Assembly (NCBI GenBank): GCA_035414025.1 | Contig: DAONXX010000003.1 | Span: forward strand, 1 to 59,653 | Origin: Bacteroidales bacterium | GTDB taxonomy: Bacteria; Bacteroidota; Bacteroidia; Bacteroidales; VadinHA17 | DNA: 59,653 nt | Reading direction: 5' to 3' | In this document: positions 46,125 to 56,942 of the stretch, piece by piece | Layout of the letters: each line of letters opens with the position of its first letter | How positions within the stretch are numbered: the stretch's first letter is position 1 | Position numbers and translations under genes: made by a program | The notes under the pieces: model-generated | Database searches by the model: none | Told to the model about the DNA's origin: nothing | The model's input: the letters and a program-made list of their open reading frames with translations, nothing else

Positions 46125-47489
46125 TTATAACTTAATGATACCCAGGAAATACAGAAATACCATTGCAATAGCAACCGGTGCAACGAATTTTACAATGAAC
46201 ATATAGGTAGGAAGAAGCGTACCTTTCAGTGCCCCATCATTTGTCAGCTCCTTTCTTATAAGATCTTTACTGAAGAACCATCCAATAAACAGTACTATAA
46301 AAAAACCTCCTGCCGGCAACATTATATTTGAGGTCAGAAACTCAAGAATACCAAAAACATTCTTCCCACCCACCTGAATAGCACTCAGTGCTCCAAATGA
46401 AAGTACAGTTAATAAGCCAAGAACCGACACAGAAAGAGATGCAGCAATTGTTGCTCTTTTTCTCAACATATGAAGTTCTTCAACAAGGTATGCAACTATT
46501 ACTTCAAGAAGCGAGATTGTCGATGTAAGAGCAGCTATTGACAAAAGAAGAAAAAACAAAACCGCAAACACGGAACCAAAAGGCATTTTATCAAAAATCC
46601 CTGGCAAAACAATGAATGTCAAACCTGAGCCGGAAGCTGGTGAACCTCCAAGAGCAAACACAGCAGGAAATATTGCAATTCCCGAGAGAATCGCTACCGA
46701 AGTATCAGCAAGAGAAATCAATCCTGCTGAGGCCAAAAGATTTTCACTCTTCTTTATATATGATCCGTAGGTAATAAGAGTGCCCATACCCAGACTCAGT
46801 GAAAAGAAAGATTGCCCGAGTGCTTCAAGTATGGCTTTTGGAGTCATCTTGCTCATATCAGGACTAAAGAGGAACTGAAGACCTGCCTTTGCTCCCGGGA
46901 GGGTTAACGATCTAATACACAGCAAAATAAGTATAATAAACAGAAACGGCATCATGATCTTTGTGTACTTTTCAATACCTTCCTTCACTCCGGAAATAAT
47001 TATGAAAGCTGTAAATCCCATGAATATCAGGAACCACATAATGGGGCGAAAGGAGCTTTTTAAAAATGTATCGAACATATTGCTTAGCTCAAGATCTGTC
47101 TTACCCAGCAAATTGCCTGTAAGAGACTGATAAAAATATTCAAGGGTCCATCCGGCAACTGTTGTATAGAAAGCCAGTATCATAAAGGCAGCTACAACAC
47201 CCATCAGTCCTATAAGAAACCAGGGTTTGCCAGGAGCAAGCTTCCGGAAAGCACCGTAAGGATTCAACTGGGCACATCGTCCGATAATGAATTCGGAGGT
47301 CATTACCGGGATCCCGATAACAACAACGCAGATCAGGTAAACAAGAAGGAAAGCACCTCCTCCATTCTCTCCTGCGAGGTATGGGAAGCGCCAGATATTT
47401 CCAAGTCCTATTGCAGAACCTGCTACAGCTGCTACAACCGCAAATCTGTTAGAAAAAGAATCCCTCTCGCTTTTTACATTATTAGTCAT
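46125..47489 (-). CDS. Neurotransmitter:sodium symporter (NSS/SNF) family transporter
   Basis: 454-aa ORF with the NSS signature GSAIGLGNIWRFPYLAGENGGGAF and about 11-12 TM helices. Confidence 0.9.
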   Translation of the reverse strand: MTNNVKSERDSFSNRFAVVAAVAGSAIGLGNIWRFPYLAGENGGGAFLLVYLICVVVIGIPVMTSEFIIGRCAQLNPYGAFRKLAPGKPWFLIGLMGVVAAFMILAFYTTVAGWTLEYFYQSLTGNLLGKTDLELSNMFDTFLKSSFRPIMWFLIFMGFTAFIIISGVKEGIEKYTKIMMPFLFIILILLCIRSLTLPGAKAGLQFLFSPDMSKMTPKAILEALGQSFFSLSLGMGTLITYGSYIKKSENLLASAGLISLADTSVAILSGIAIFPAVFALGGSPASGSGLTFIVLPGIFDKMPFGSVFAVLFFLLLSIAALTSTISLLEVIVAYLVEELHMLRKRATIAASLSVSVLGLLTVLSFGALSAIQVGGKNVFGILEFLTSNIMLPAGGFFIVLFIGWFFSKDLIRKELTNDGALKGTLLPTYMFIVKFVAPVAIAMVFLYFLGIIKL

Positions 47490-47512
47490 GGGTTTATTAC
47501 ATTATATAATTT

Positions 47513-47531
47513 AGTTTGGGTACTCCAAACT
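47513..47531. promoter_or_regulatory. Palindrome AGTTTGG-N5-CCAAACT in the NSS transporter 5' region
   Basis: 7-bp perfect inverted repeat with a 5-nt spacer, 24 nt upstream of the ATG at 47489. Could be an operator or a 5'-UTR hairpin. Confidence 0.3.
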
Positions 47532-47843
47532 GTTACTTTATCATTAAAATCTTGCAAGATAATAAACCTTATCCTGATCTTATGATATCTATTATGGAAA
47601 AATAAAAAAGGCTAATCTATATGCAGATACTGCAACATATTACGGTAAGCGGCACAGGCAGGCGATATCCGGAAGATCCGCATAATATAATAAGAAAGAA
47701 ATTACCTCAGATAAACACAAGAGTGATACCTGGTTTTTAAAATATAACAAACATGTGATCCTGGGATAAAAACAGGCTCCTGGCCTGACAAGGGCAAGGA
47801 AACCTGAATAAATCCAATTCTGACAGGTTCAGTTATTCAGAGT

Positions 47844-48590
47844 CTATTTTACCCTGATACTCTTTCTGTACAACTCCTCCCAGTTCTCATCAGTTGGTAA
47901 AGCCGGAACTAAAATATGGGATGGCTTTCTTTCAAGTTTCCTTATGACATAAGATCTGTCGCGGGTTCTTTCTCCCTTAGCGCCTCCGAAATAATCGACA
48001 TAAGCAATGAATCTGTTAATTTTGTGAGGGATAACCTCGGGTGTGCGTATCAGACCGATATCATAATCTTTAATATCATAGTTGTCATGATTTCGTTCCC
48101 ATATATCGAGGTAATATACATAAGGATCCAGATGAGAAAAAACGACTGTTCCGTATTTATCTGTGAATCCTTCAGTTTCCATGTTTGTCTCATATTCCCA
48201 ATCAGGTAAAGTGGGATAGAGTCTTACACTTGCATAGGGAACTATATAGTCATCGTAGTATTCGCGCACTTCAATCTCAAGAAGAGTTGGCACCATAACA
48301 TCTATTATTATTGAAGCCACATCTGAATTTCCTGAAACGGAGTATGCCTTAAGCAGCACTTCGAAGGAGCCTGTTCCGGTAAAGACATGAACAGGATTAC
48401 GTTCGTATGATATACATCCGTCACCAAAATCCCATTCATATTCAACAGCATTATGAGAGCGATTCGTAAAACAGACCGCCTCTCCCACTTCAGGATCAAT
48501 TAGATCAACTTTAAAATCAGCTTCCGGAAATGATTCGCATGAAATTAACATTACCGGCAGTAAAAGAATAAGAAAGAATAACTTTTTCAT
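47844..48590 (-). CDS. PKD-domain lipoprotein
   Basis: 248-aa ORF with lipobox MLISC. PKD domain signature FTNRSHNAVEYEWDFGDG...NPVHVFTGTGSFEVLL. The C-terminal half is unassigned. Confidence 0.7.
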   Translation of the reverse strand: MKKLFFLILLLPVMLISCESFPEADFKVDLIDPEVGEAVCFTNRSHNAVEYEWDFGDGCISYERNPVHVFTGTGSFEVLLKAYSVSGNSDVASIIIDVMVPTLLEIEVREYYDDYIVPYASVRLYPTLPDWEYETNMETEGFTDKYGTVVFSHLDPYVYYLDIWERNHDNYDIKDYDIGLIRTPEVIPHKINRFIAYVDYFGGAKGERTRDRSYVIRKLERKPSHILVPALPTDENWEELYRKSIRVK

Positions 48591-48799
48591 GGCAGTAAGT
48601 ATTTATACTAAAAAGATAAAATCAAATAACATGCCATCTTTATGAATGAAAGTATTCCAATAAATATCTGGATACTTTAAAAAGGGTTTGCTGATATTCT
48701 GTATTTTAAAAACCTTTCTTTAAGGTACAGAAAATAATTTTCTTTAGTTTTTGAAACACCATCGGTATTTAACTATTGAACATGTAATAAAAATATGAT

Positions 48800-48807
48800 T
48801 AACTTTG
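48800..48807 (+). promoter_or_regulatory. Bacteroidota-type -7 promoter box (TAACTTTG) upstream of thrS
   Basis: Exact TAnnTTTG match 29 nt upstream of the thrS ATG. Confidence 0.5.
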
Positions 48808-48835
48808 CACTCCATTAAAAATAAGAGCTTAAAGC

Positions 48836-50776
48836 ATGATTAAAATAACTTTCCCTGACGGGACTATAAAAGAATATAAACAAGGTATTAGTAGTCTTGA
48901 AATTGCAGAAGAAATTAGTCCAAGGCTTGCAAAAGAAGTATATGCTGCCAGTGTTAACGGTGAGATCCGTGATGTTACAAGGCCGATTATGTCTGATGCT
49001 GTTTTAAAGCTTCACAAATGGGATGATGATGAAGCCAAACATGCTTTCTGGCATTCTTCTGCCCATCTGATGGCAGAAGCCCTTGAAATTCTCTACCCGG
49101 GTATTAAATTCGGGATTGGTCCGGCAATCGAGAACGGTTTTTATTATGATGTTGACCCGGGTGAAGGGAAAGCAATAACAGACACTGACCTGCCTGCTAT
49201 TGAGGATAAGATGAAAGAGCTCGCTGCCCAGAACCAGATCTTCGTGCGCAAAGATGTATCGAAACAGGAAGCAATGGATCTTTTCTCAAAGAAAGGTGAT
49301 GAATATAAAACGGAACTTATAAGTGAGCTGGAAGATGGAACAATATCATTATATACAAGCGGCAGCTTTGTTGACCTGTGCCGTGGGCCACACCTGGCTT
49401 CAACTGAACCGATAAAAGCAATAAAGCTTATAAATATTGCCGGAGCATACTGGAGGGGAGATGAGAAACGGAGGATGCTTACAAGGATCTATGGAATAAC
49501 CTTTCCTAAACAGAAAATGCTTGATGAATACCTTGTCTTCCTGGAAGAAGCAAAAAAACGTGACCATCGGCGTATAGGAAAAGAACTTGAACTATTCACC
49601 TTTTCACAAAAGGTTGGAATGGGACTACCCTTATGGCTGCCAAAAGGTTCTGATGTAAGACAGAACCTGATAAATTTCCTGACTAAGCTCCTGAAAAAAA
49701 GAGGTTATAAAATAGTTACCACACCCCATATAGGCAATGTAAATCTATACAAGGTATCAGGGCATTATGAGAAATACGGAACCAGTTCCTTCCAGCCCAT
49801 GTCCACACCCCAGGAAGGAGAACAGTTCATGCTTAAACCGATGAACTGTCCTCATCACTGTGAAATTTATAATTCTTCTCCTCACTCATATAAAGAACTG
49901 CCTCTCAGGATGGCTGAGTTCGGTACTGTTTACAGGTACGAACAGAGTGGTGAGTTACACGGCCTGACAAGAGTCAGAAGTTTTACACAGGATGATGCCC
50001 ATCATTTCTGCAGACCCGATCAGCTTAGAGAAGAATTCAAAAACATAATTGACCTCATCCTCTATGTTTTTAAAATACTGAATTTTAATGACTATACTGC
50101 TCAGATATCACTCAGGGACCCTGACAATAAAGAAAAATATATTGGATCAGATGAAAATTGGGAAAAAGCCGAACAGGATATTATAAGTGCAGCAACTGAC
50201 AAGAACCTCAAAACTACAGTGGCCCTGGGAGAAGCCGCATTCTATGGGCCAAAACTTGATTTTATGGTCAGGGATGCCATAGGACGCAAGTGGCAACTTG
50301 GAACAATTCAGGTAGATTATAACCTTCCTGAAAGGTTCGACCTTACATATAATGGTAGTGATAACCAGAAGCACAGACCGGTAATGATTCACCGCACTGT
50401 CTTCGGATCAATGGAGAGATTTGTAGCTGTACTCATTGAGAACACAGCCGGTAAACTACCCCTCTGGCTGGCTCCTGAAAAAGCAGTTATCCTTCCTATA
50501 AGTGATAAATTCAATGATTATGCTTCAAATGTTTTGGAAATTCTAAATAATTCCGATATTTGCACCTTAATTGACGACCGTAACGAAAAGATAGGTAAGA
50601 AGATCAGAGATAATGAATTAAAGAGGATCCCATACCTTCTTGTGGTTGGAGAAAAAGAAGCAGAAAACGGAAGTATTTCGGTCAGAAAACAAGGTGAAGG
50701 CGATAAAGGGAGTATGAAGATCGAAAAATTCGTGGAATTCATTAATGCAGAGATAAAGAAAGAAATTGAGCTTTGA
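48836..50776 (+). CDS. thrS: Threonine--tRNA ligase
   Basis: 646-aa ORF with a TGS domain N-terminus (MIKITFPDG), the editing-domain HSSAHLMA motif, class II motifs and an anticodon-binding C-terminus. Confidence 0.96.
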   Translation: MIKITFPDGTIKEYKQGISSLEIAEEISPRLAKEVYAASVNGEIRDVTRPIMSDAVLKLHKWDDDEAKHAFWHSSAHLMAEALEILYPGIKFGIGPAIENGFYYDVDPGEGKAITDTDLPAIEDKMKELAAQNQIFVRKDVSKQEAMDLFSKKGDEYKTELISELEDGTISLYTSGSFVDLCRGPHLASTEPIKAIKLINIAGAYWRGDEKRRMLTRIYGITFPKQKMLDEYLVFLEEAKKRDHRRIGKELELFTFSQKVGMGLPLWLPKGSDVRQNLINFLTKLLKKRGYKIVTTPHIGNVNLYKVSGHYEKYGTSSFQPMSTPQEGEQFMLKPMNCPHHCEIYNSSPHSYKELPLRMAEFGTVYRYEQSGELHGLTRVRSFTQDDAHHFCRPDQLREEFKNIIDLILYVFKILNFNDYTAQISLRDPDNKEKYIGSDENWEKAEQDIISAATDKNLKTTVALGEAAFYGPKLDFMVRDAIGRKWQLGTIQVDYNLPERFDLTYNGSDNQKHRPVMIHRTVFGSMERFVAVLIENTAGKLPLWLAPEKAVILPISDKFNDYASNVLEILNNSDICTLIDDRNEKIGKKIRDNELKRIPYLLVVGEKEAENGSISVRKQGEGDKGSMKIEKFVEFINAEIKKEIEL

Positions 50777-50817
50777 TACATTTATTTAAAGTCAATTTTA
50801 TAGTAATAACGAAACTC

Positions 50818-50823
50818 AGGAGG
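50818..50823 (+). promoter_or_regulatory. Shine-Dalgarno AGGAGG for infC
   Basis: Perfect AGGAGG 8 nt upstream of the in-frame ATA codon at 50832. Confidence 0.55.
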
Positions 50824-50831
50824 AAATAGTT

Positions 50832-51380
50832 ATAACAGGACCAATCAGACGAAACCCTTCACGGGTCACCCAACTGCCTCACAAGATCAACAACCGAATC
50901 ACAGCAAGAGCGGTAAGGGTTGTAGGCGATAATATCGAAACACAGATAATGAGCATCCAGGATGCCCTGAAGCTGGCCGATAATATGGAACTTGATCTGG
51001 TTGAGATCTCTCCAAATGCTGATCCACCGGTATGTAAGCTAATTGATTATCAGAAATATCTTTATCAGCAAAAAAAGAAACAAAAGGAGATTAAGGCCAA
51101 AACAGCAAAAGTTACAGTGAAGGAATTAAGATTTGGGCCAAACACTGATGATCATGATTATAATTTTAAACTGAAACATGCAATAAAATTCCTTGAAGAA
51201 GGCTTCAAGGTAAGAGCATATGTGTTCTTTAAAGGCAGATCGATCTTATTCAAAGAACAGGGTGAACTCCTGCTTCTTAGATTTGCAAACGATCTTGAAG
51301 AATATGGAAAAGTTGAACAACTGCCCAAACTGGAAGGAAAAAGGATGATTATATCTATCTCCCCTAAGAAGAAGAAATAA
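50832..51380 (+). CDS. infC: Translation initiation factor IF-3 with a non-canonical start codon (probably ATA)
   Basis: The frame is open from 50790. Upstream of the first ATG (50949) it encodes the conserved IF-3 N-terminal segment [23 protein letters not shown]. There is no in-frame ATG, GTG or TTG between 50790 and 50949. The end coordinate is secure; the start is inferred. Confidence 0.8.
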   Translation: MTGPIRRNPSRVTQLPHKINNRITARAVRVVGDNIETQIMSIQDALKLADNMELDLVEISPNADPPVCKLIDYQKYLYQQKKKQKEIKAKTAKVTVKELRFGPNTDDHDYNFKLKHAIKFLEEGFKVRAYVFFKGRSILFKEQGELLLLRFANDLEEYGKVEQLPKLEGKRMIISISPKKKK

Positions 51381-51400
51381 TATTATAATTTTATATAAAG

Positions 51401-51598
51401 ATGCCAAAGATGAAAACGAATCCGGGAGCCAAGAAAAGATTCTCACTCACCGGAACAGGAAAGATAAAAAGAAAACATGCATTTAAAAGCCACATACTCA
51501 CCAAGAAGACAACAAAGCGTAAGAGAAATCTTACCTATTTCGGACAGGTAGATAAAGCAGATGAGAAAAACATAAAACTCCTGCTGGCCAGCAAATAA
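51401..51598 (+). CDS. rpmI: 50S ribosomal protein L35
   Basis: 65-aa basic ORF starting [14 protein letters not shown], within the infC-rpmI-rplT order. Confidence 0.93.
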   Translation: MPKMKTNPGAKKRFSLTGTGKIKRKHAFKSHILTKKTTKRKRNLTYFGQVDKADEKNIKLLLASK

Positions 51599-51685
51599 TT
51601 ACAGAATTTAATATTATTAACAGGATGCACAGCATAATAAGAGTCTGCCTACTGGCAGAACGCTGACATTCAAAATTAATTAGTC

Positions 51686-52030
51686 ATGCCAAGATCAGTA
51701 AATTCAGTCGCTTCCAGAGCGAGAAGAAAGAAAATTCTTAAACAGACAAAAGGGAATTTCCTTTCAAGGAAGAATGTTATAACTGTAGCAAAGAACACCC
51801 TCGACAAAGGTCTGTTATATGCATATCGTGACAGAAAAAAGAAAAAAGGACAGTTCAGATCACTCTGGATACAGAGGATTAACGCAGGTGCCCGTCAATA
51901 TGGTATGAGTTATTCGGAGTTCATGGGTAAGCTTGATAAAAAAGGCATCAAGCTTAACAGAAAAACACTGGCCGACCTGGCAATGAATAATCCGGATGCT
52001 TTTCAGGCAATTGTAGAAAAGATCAAATAA
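51686..52030 (+). CDS. rplT: 50S ribosomal protein L20
   Basis: 114-aa ORF containing [23 protein letters not shown]...[21 protein letters not shown]. Confidence 0.95.
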   Translation: MPRSVNSVASRARRKKILKQTKGNFLSRKNVITVAKNTLDKGLLYAYRDRKKKKGQFRSLWIQRINAGARQYGMSYSEFMGKLDKKGIKLNRKTLADLAMNNPDAFQAIVEKIK

Positions 52031-52035
52031 GGTTA

Positions 52036-53424
52036 TTACCTTACTCTCATGAAGATCCGCGACAAGCGGATCTTTTTTAATCCCTTGGCTTCCTTATTGA
52101 TTGAAAGCCAGATGAATTTTGGCTTACCAACAATATGATCTTCAGGGACAAAACCCCAGAATCTTGAATCGGCTGAATTATGCCGGTTATCACCCATCAT
52201 AAAATAATAATCCATTTTAAAAGTGTAGGTGGTGACCGGATGTCCGTTTACATATATAGTACTGCCCTCTACTTCAAGATCATTGCCTTCAAACACATCA
52301 ATTATTCGATGGTATAATTCTATGTTTGAGGTATCAATCTTTATTGTAACTCCTTTTGCCGGTATCCACAAAGGTCCGAAATTATCTTCATTCCACGCCA
52401 GGGATTCATTATACGGAAAAACCGTAAAACGAAAATATCCCTTTCTTAATGTATCTGGTATTACCTCTGTAACATTAGTGAACTTTGAAATTGCTTCAGC
52501 AGCAGATGTTGTCAGCGGCAAATAATACATTGTATTTGAAGCCATTGCCTGGTCGGCCTTTGCAATATTCAGACGTTCGAAGGCCTTTGGATTAATTGTC
52601 GTCCCATTCGTATTAACATAGTAATGCTTCTGCTGATACTTATTTTCAGGGAAGATCTCCCCATTAATATAAACCGAACCTGCTTCTATTCTTATTGTGT
52701 CGCCCGGTAGCCCTATGCATCTTTTTACATAATTATCACGCCTGTCAACAGGCCGGTACTGTATGTTATAGTTCTTCAATACTTCCTGCCTGGCCATCGG
52801 CATGTAATATTCCATTGGCCTGGAAGAGCTGGAAAAAAGATTATCCCGCGATTGCAGATCCTTTGCTGCCCGCATTATTATCTCATAATAACTTGTATTT
52901 GTATTCTCAAGTGCAACTGTGTCGCCTGCAGGGAAGTTGAAAACGATAGGGTCCCCCCGCTTCACCTGTCCGGTTCCGATAAGACGTTTATAAGGCAGTA
53001 CAATAAGGTCGGACCAGGATTTACCCTTTATCAAAGGCATTGTATTTTGTGTAAAGGGAAAAGCAATCGGTGTATTAGGCATTCTGGGACCGTAGGCAAG
53101 CTTGCTTACAAAGAGATGATCACCAACAAGAAGTGATTTCTCCATTGAAGGTGTCGGTATCCTGTAGTTCTGGAAAAGAAATATGTTTATCAGGGTAACG
53201 GCTATAACAGCAAATATAAGGGCATCTAGCCACTCAATAAATGAACTGTTCTTCCCATGCCTTTTCTTCCAGAATGTCCAGTTGACCTTTTCAGATATAT
53301 ACAGATCAAATATGATCCCAAGTCCAAGAAGAAGCCAGTAGTTCCCTATCCAAATAACTACAAGGATATAGATTATGGCAACAATAGCGAACTTTATGTA
53401 CCTCGGTTGCAATAGATTAATCAT
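52036..53424 (-). CDS. lepB: Signal peptidase I
   Basis: 462-aa ORF with catalytic Ser box IPTPSMEKSL, Lys box YVKRCIGLPGD and GDNRHNSADSRFWGFVP. Confidence 0.92.
   Translation of the reverse strand: MINLLQPRYIKFAIVAIIYILVVIWIGNYWLLLGLGIIFDLYISEKVNWTFWKKRHGKNSSFIEWLDALIFAVIAVTLINIFLFQNYRIPTPSMEKSLLVGDHLFVSKLAYGPRMPNTPIAFPFTQNTMPLIKGKSWSDLIVLPYKRLIGTGQVKRGDPIVFNFPAGDTVALENTNTSYYEIIMRAAKDLQSRDNLFSSSSRPMEYYMPMARQEVLKNYNIQYRPVDRRDNYVKRCIGLPGDTIRIEAGSVYINGEIFPENKYQQKHYYVNTNGTTINPKAFERLNIAKADQAMASNTMYYLPLTTSAAEAISKFTNVTEVIPDTLRKGYFRFTVFPYNESLAWNEDNFGPLWIPAKGVTIKIDTSNIELYHRIIDVFEGNDLEVEGSTIYVNGHPVTTYTFKMDYYFMMGDNRHNSADSRFWGFVPEDHIVGKPKFIWLSINKEAKGLKKIRLSRIFMRVR
52052..52078 (+). terminator. Intrinsic terminator of the infC-rpmI-rplT operon
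   Basis: 9-bp stem AAGATCCGC/GCGGATCTT with a 5-nt loop, followed by a T-run. It lies inside the last codons of the convergent lepB gene. Confidence 0.7.
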
Positions 53425-53465
53425 ATTATTATATAAATATTTCGAAGCGGTAAAAATAATTAATA

Positions 53466-54185
53466 TTATGTGAAACCAAGCACTTCCTTCATTGTGAATA
53501 CACCTGTTTTATCTTTAATGAACTCTGCAGCAATCACTGCACCCATGGCAAAGCCTCTCCTGTTCTTAGCTTCATGCCTAAGTGTAATAGTGTCAATATC
53601 AGAATCCCATGTAACGATATGCGTTCCTGGCACCATACCTTCACGAACCGGTTTAATGGGTATTTTATTCTCTGATCGCTCATTATCAAAACACCACCCT
53701 GTATATGCACTATGCTGCTGCTTAATGCCTTCAGCCAAACTAAGAGCCGTACCGCTGGGTGCGTCAAGTTTCCTGGTATGATGTATCTCCTCAATCGAAA
53801 CTGTATATTCACGATACCTGTTCATCTGTTTTGACAGCTCTGAATTAAGATGGAAAAGCAAATTAACTCCAATACTGAAGTTTGCAGAATGAATAAATGC
53901 AGCATTGCTGGTACTGCATATATCCAGCACCTTGTGCATATCCTTTTGCCATCCGGTTGTACCTGAAACAACAGAAACTCCTAGTTTTAAACATGAGGAT
54001 ACATTCTCCAGTGCAGCTTTAGGCGAAGAAAATTCAATTGCAACATCAATATCTTTGAATTTTTCCCTGTTAAGATCATTGGTATTGTCAATATCTACGA
54101 TAATGCCTATTCTGTGACCTCTCGCTACTGCAATTTCTTCAATTATATGGCCCATCCTGCCATAACCGATCAATGCTATATTCAT
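53466..54185 (-). CDS. dapB: 4-hydroxy-tetrahydrodipicolinate reductase
   Basis: 239-aa ORF containing GYGRMG and EEIHHTRKLDAPSGTA. Confidence 0.93.
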   Translation of the reverse strand: MNIALIGYGRMGHIIEEIAVARGHRIGIIVDIDNTNDLNREKFKDIDVAIEFSSPKAALENVSSCLKLGVSVVSGTTGWQKDMHKVLDICSTSNAAFIHSANFSIGVNLLFHLNSELSKQMNRYREYTVSIEEIHHTRKLDAPSGTALSLAEGIKQQHSAYTGWCFDNERSENKIPIKPVREGMVPGTHIVTWDSDIDTITLRHEAKNRRGFAMGAVIAAEFIKDKTGVFTMKEVLGFT

Positions 54186-54304
54186 TATTTTGAATTTTAT
54201 GCGAAATTATGCCTTTTAATCAAAAGAACTGCATAAAATTCTTAACAAGAATTTAAATTATCTCTAAAACAGTTGTGCCGTGTTGATTTCCGGAGATTAA
54301 TGGA

Positions 54305-54562
54305 TTAAACTGAATCCTTTCTTCTTTCCATTGCCGATAATATCCGCATTGCCTCTTCTCTGTCAGATCCGCAAAACTCAGCTTCTGCCTTGAAATCTAT
54401 ACAAACCCTGGGCCGCAAAGCTTCTCCATAGAGAGCACATCTGTAATCACTTAAAAGATGAATGCATCTGACACCTGCTGGTTTGCCGTCAGGCATCCCC
54501 GGAATGGGCGAAGAAATTGATATTGCTATGCAACATGCTCCACAACCTTTACGGCAATCCAT
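54305..54562 (-). CDS. YkgJ-family cysteine-cluster (zinc/iron-chelating) protein
   Basis: 85-aa ORF with an N-terminal CRKGCGACC cluster and further Cys residues. Confidence 0.65.
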   Translation of the reverse strand: MDCRKGCGACCIAISISSPIPGMPDGKPAGVRCIHLLSDYRCALYGEALRPRVCIDFKAEAEFCGSDREEAMRILSAMERRKDSV

Positions 54563-54775
54563 ATCTTATTCAATTATTTATCTTGTTAAAAGCCTTCCGG
54601 CTTATAATATAAGCTATCACATTACTTGCAAAACCGGAATTTTCTCACTACATGCAAAATCCGAAACAGTGAAATTTTGCCTCTATCCGTCATGTATGAC
54701 AAGTAACGATTTTTTTATCTTTTCTTAAACATATTTACATGATATTATGCTTAAAATAATCATTTTAAATATTTT

Positions 54776-54783
54776 TAACTTTG
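54776..54783 (+). promoter_or_regulatory. Bacteroidota-type -7 promoter box (TAACTTTG) upstream of trmD
   Basis: Exact TAnnTTTG match 16 nt upstream of the trmD ATG. Confidence 0.45.
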
Positions 54784-54798
54784 TAAAAATCTCACATA

Positions 54799-55479
54799 AT
54801 GCGAATAGATATTCTGACTGTAATTCCGGATCTTCTCGAAAGTCCTATTAACAATTCCATTATAAAAAGAGCAAGGGATAAAAGGCTTGTTGAGATTAAT
54901 ATTATCAATCTCCATGATTTTGCAAAAGACCGCTACAGGTCAGTTGATGATTATGCTTTCGGGGGAGGTGCGGGAATGGTTATGATGATTGAACCTGTTT
55001 TTGAAGCCATCAAAAAACTTAGCAATGAAAGGGACTATGACGAGATAATATACACTTCGCCTGATGGCGATCATTTCACACAGAAAATGGCTAATAAGCT
55101 TTCACTTAAAAATAATATAATAATTCTTGCAGGTCATTATAAGGGAGTTGACCAAAGGATCCGTGATAATCTGATTACAATGGAAATATCTATTGGAGAT
55201 TATGTTCTTTCAGGCGGGGAACTTCCTGCAGCCGTAATAACAGATGCAATTGTAAGGCTCATCCCGGGAGTTCTGGGTGATGAACAATCAGCCCTTTCAG
55301 ATTCATTTCAGGATGATCTGCTGGCACCTCCCGTTTATACACGCCCGGCCGATTTCAGAGGCTTAAAAGTACCGGATATACTTCTCTCCGGAGATGCATC
55401 AAAAATTGAGAACTGGAGACACGAGCAATCTCTTGAGCGAACCAGAAAACTCAGACCGGATCTCCTCAAAGAAGACTAA
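54799..55479 (+). CDS. trmD: tRNA (guanine37-N1)-methyltransferase
   Basis: 226-aa ORF containing [11 protein letters not shown]...[13 protein letters not shown]...GHYKGVDQR...[14 protein letters not shown]. Confidence 0.95.
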   Translation: MRIDILTVIPDLLESPINNSIIKRARDKRLVEINIINLHDFAKDRYRSVDDYAFGGGAGMVMMIEPVFEAIKKLSNERDYDEIIYTSPDGDHFTQKMANKLSLKNNIIILAGHYKGVDQRIRDNLITMEISIGDYVLSGGELPAAVITDAIVRLIPGVLGDEQSALSDSFQDDLLAPPVYTRPADFRGLKVPDILLSGDASKIENWRHEQSLERTRKLRPDLLKED

Positions 55480-55641
55480 AATTCCCTTAAATAAATCTCT
55501 CCTCTCCCCTTTTCAATGCTTCAACCCTTCAATGCTTAAACGCTTCATCCTCTCCCAATAATGCTTTTGGAAATAATAAAAAGCTTTCGTAAAATTGTAA
55601 CCAAGAATATTGTAATTTACAACTAATTAATAATCAAATAA

Positions 55642-56853
55642 ATGAACGCACAGGATTATATCAAACGGGAAGACAGATACGGAGCTCACAATTATCATCC
55701 GCTTCCTGTTGTCCTTGATAAGGGTAAAGGCCCCTTTGTCTGGGATGTGGAGGGCAAACGGTATTTTGATTTTTTATCAGCCTATTCGGCTGTAAATCAA
55801 GGCCATTGCCATCCAAGGATAATTAAAGCTCTGACAGACCAGGCATCAAAGCTTACTCTTACTTCCAGGGCATTCTATAATTCTGTTCTTGGCGAATATG
55901 AAGAATACATTACAAAATACTTCAAATACGATAAGGTTCTGCCAATGAACTCAGGGGCAGAAGCCGTTGAGACAGCTCTGAAACTGTGCAGGAAATGGGC
56001 TTACAAGAAGAAAGGCATAAAGAAAGACAAGGCTAAGATAATCTGCTGTGCAGGTAATTTCCATGGCCGTACAATAACAATAATATCTATGTCTACTGAT
56101 CCGGATGCCACAAACCATTACGGGCCTTTTACTCCCGGATTTATAATCATACCATATAATGATCTGGGGGCACTTGAAAATGCCCTCAGGGATCCGGATG
56201 TTGCAGGTTTCCTTGTTGAACCAATTCAGGGAGAAGCCGGTGTTTTTGTTCCCGATGAAGGCTATTTAAGGAAATCTTATGATCTCTGTAAAAAACACAA
56301 TGTGCTTTTCATAGCTGATGAAGTACAGACAGGCCTTGGAAGAACAGGAAAGCTTCTTGCCTGCGACCATGAAGGAGTCCGCCCTGATATCCTGATCCTT
56401 GGGAAAGCACTTTCAGGTGGTGTGATGCCAATATCTGCAGCCCTGGCAGACGATGAAATAATGCTCACTATCCTTCCGGGAGAACACGGCTCAACATTCG
56501 GTGGCAATGCTCTGGCAGGAAAAGTTGGCATAGCCTCCCTTGAGGTAATAAAGGATGAAAAGCTTGCAGAAAACGCTGAACGCCTGGGGAAAATATTCCG
56601 CGATGAAATGAAGGACATTAAATCGGATATGATTGAGATAATTCGCGGAAAAGGCCTTTTAAATGCAACTGCAATTAAACCCAAGGGAGGTAAAACAGCC
56701 TGGGATGTCTGTCTGGCGATGAAGGAAAATGGTGTTATAGCAAAACCCACTCATGAACATATAATACGCTTTGCCCCACCGCTTGTTATTACAGAAGAAG
56801 AGCTAAGAGAAGCTTTATCACTGATACGAAAGTCTTTCAAACAATTTGAGTGA
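55642..56853 (+). CDS. rocD: Ornithine--oxo-acid aminotransferase
   Basis: 403-aa class III aminotransferase. Contains [26 protein letters not shown] and the PLP lysine context ILGKALSGG. Confidence 0.85.
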   Translation: MNAQDYIKREDRYGAHNYHPLPVVLDKGKGPFVWDVEGKRYFDFLSAYSAVNQGHCHPRIIKALTDQASKLTLTSRAFYNSVLGEYEEYITKYFKYDKVLPMNSGAEAVETALKLCRKWAYKKKGIKKDKAKIICCAGNFHGRTITIISMSTDPDATNHYGPFTPGFIIIPYNDLGALENALRDPDVAGFLVEPIQGEAGVFVPDEGYLRKSYDLCKKHNVLFIADEVQTGLGRTGKLLACDHEGVRPDILILGKALSGGVMPISAALADDEIMLTILPGEHGSTFGGNALAGKVGIASLEVIKDEKLAENAERLGKIFRDEMKDIKSDMIEIIRGKGLLNATAIKPKGGKTAWDVCLAMKENGVIAKPTHEHIIRFAPPLVITEEELREALSLIRKSFKQFE

Positions 56854-56903
56854 GACAACAAAATAAAGAAAAGTAGCAAATGTTTATTAGAGAACTCTTT
56901 AAG

Positions 56904-56942
56904 AACATCACACGGGCATCCGCTGTGATGTTTTTTATTTTT
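56904..56942 (+). terminator. Intrinsic terminator downstream of rocD
   Basis: 9-bp stem AACATCACA/TGTGATGTT with an 11-nt loop, followed by TTTTTTATTTTT. Confidence 0.7.

Noticed and set aside
47621-47740. 39-aa ORF (MQILQHITVSGTGRRYPEDPHNIIRKKLPQINTRVIPGF) in the gap between the NSS transporter and PKD lipoprotein genes.
   Set aside because: No promoter box, SD, signal or motif supports it. Its length is compatible with a chance ORF.
54305-54562. The YkgJ-like gene looked more GC-rich than its surroundings, raising the possibility of horizontal acquisition.
   Set aside because: A hand count gave about 45% GC. That is the same range as lines counted in thrS (~48%) and dnaA (~43%). Only the flanking intergenic DNA is AT-rich, so this is not a compositional outlier.
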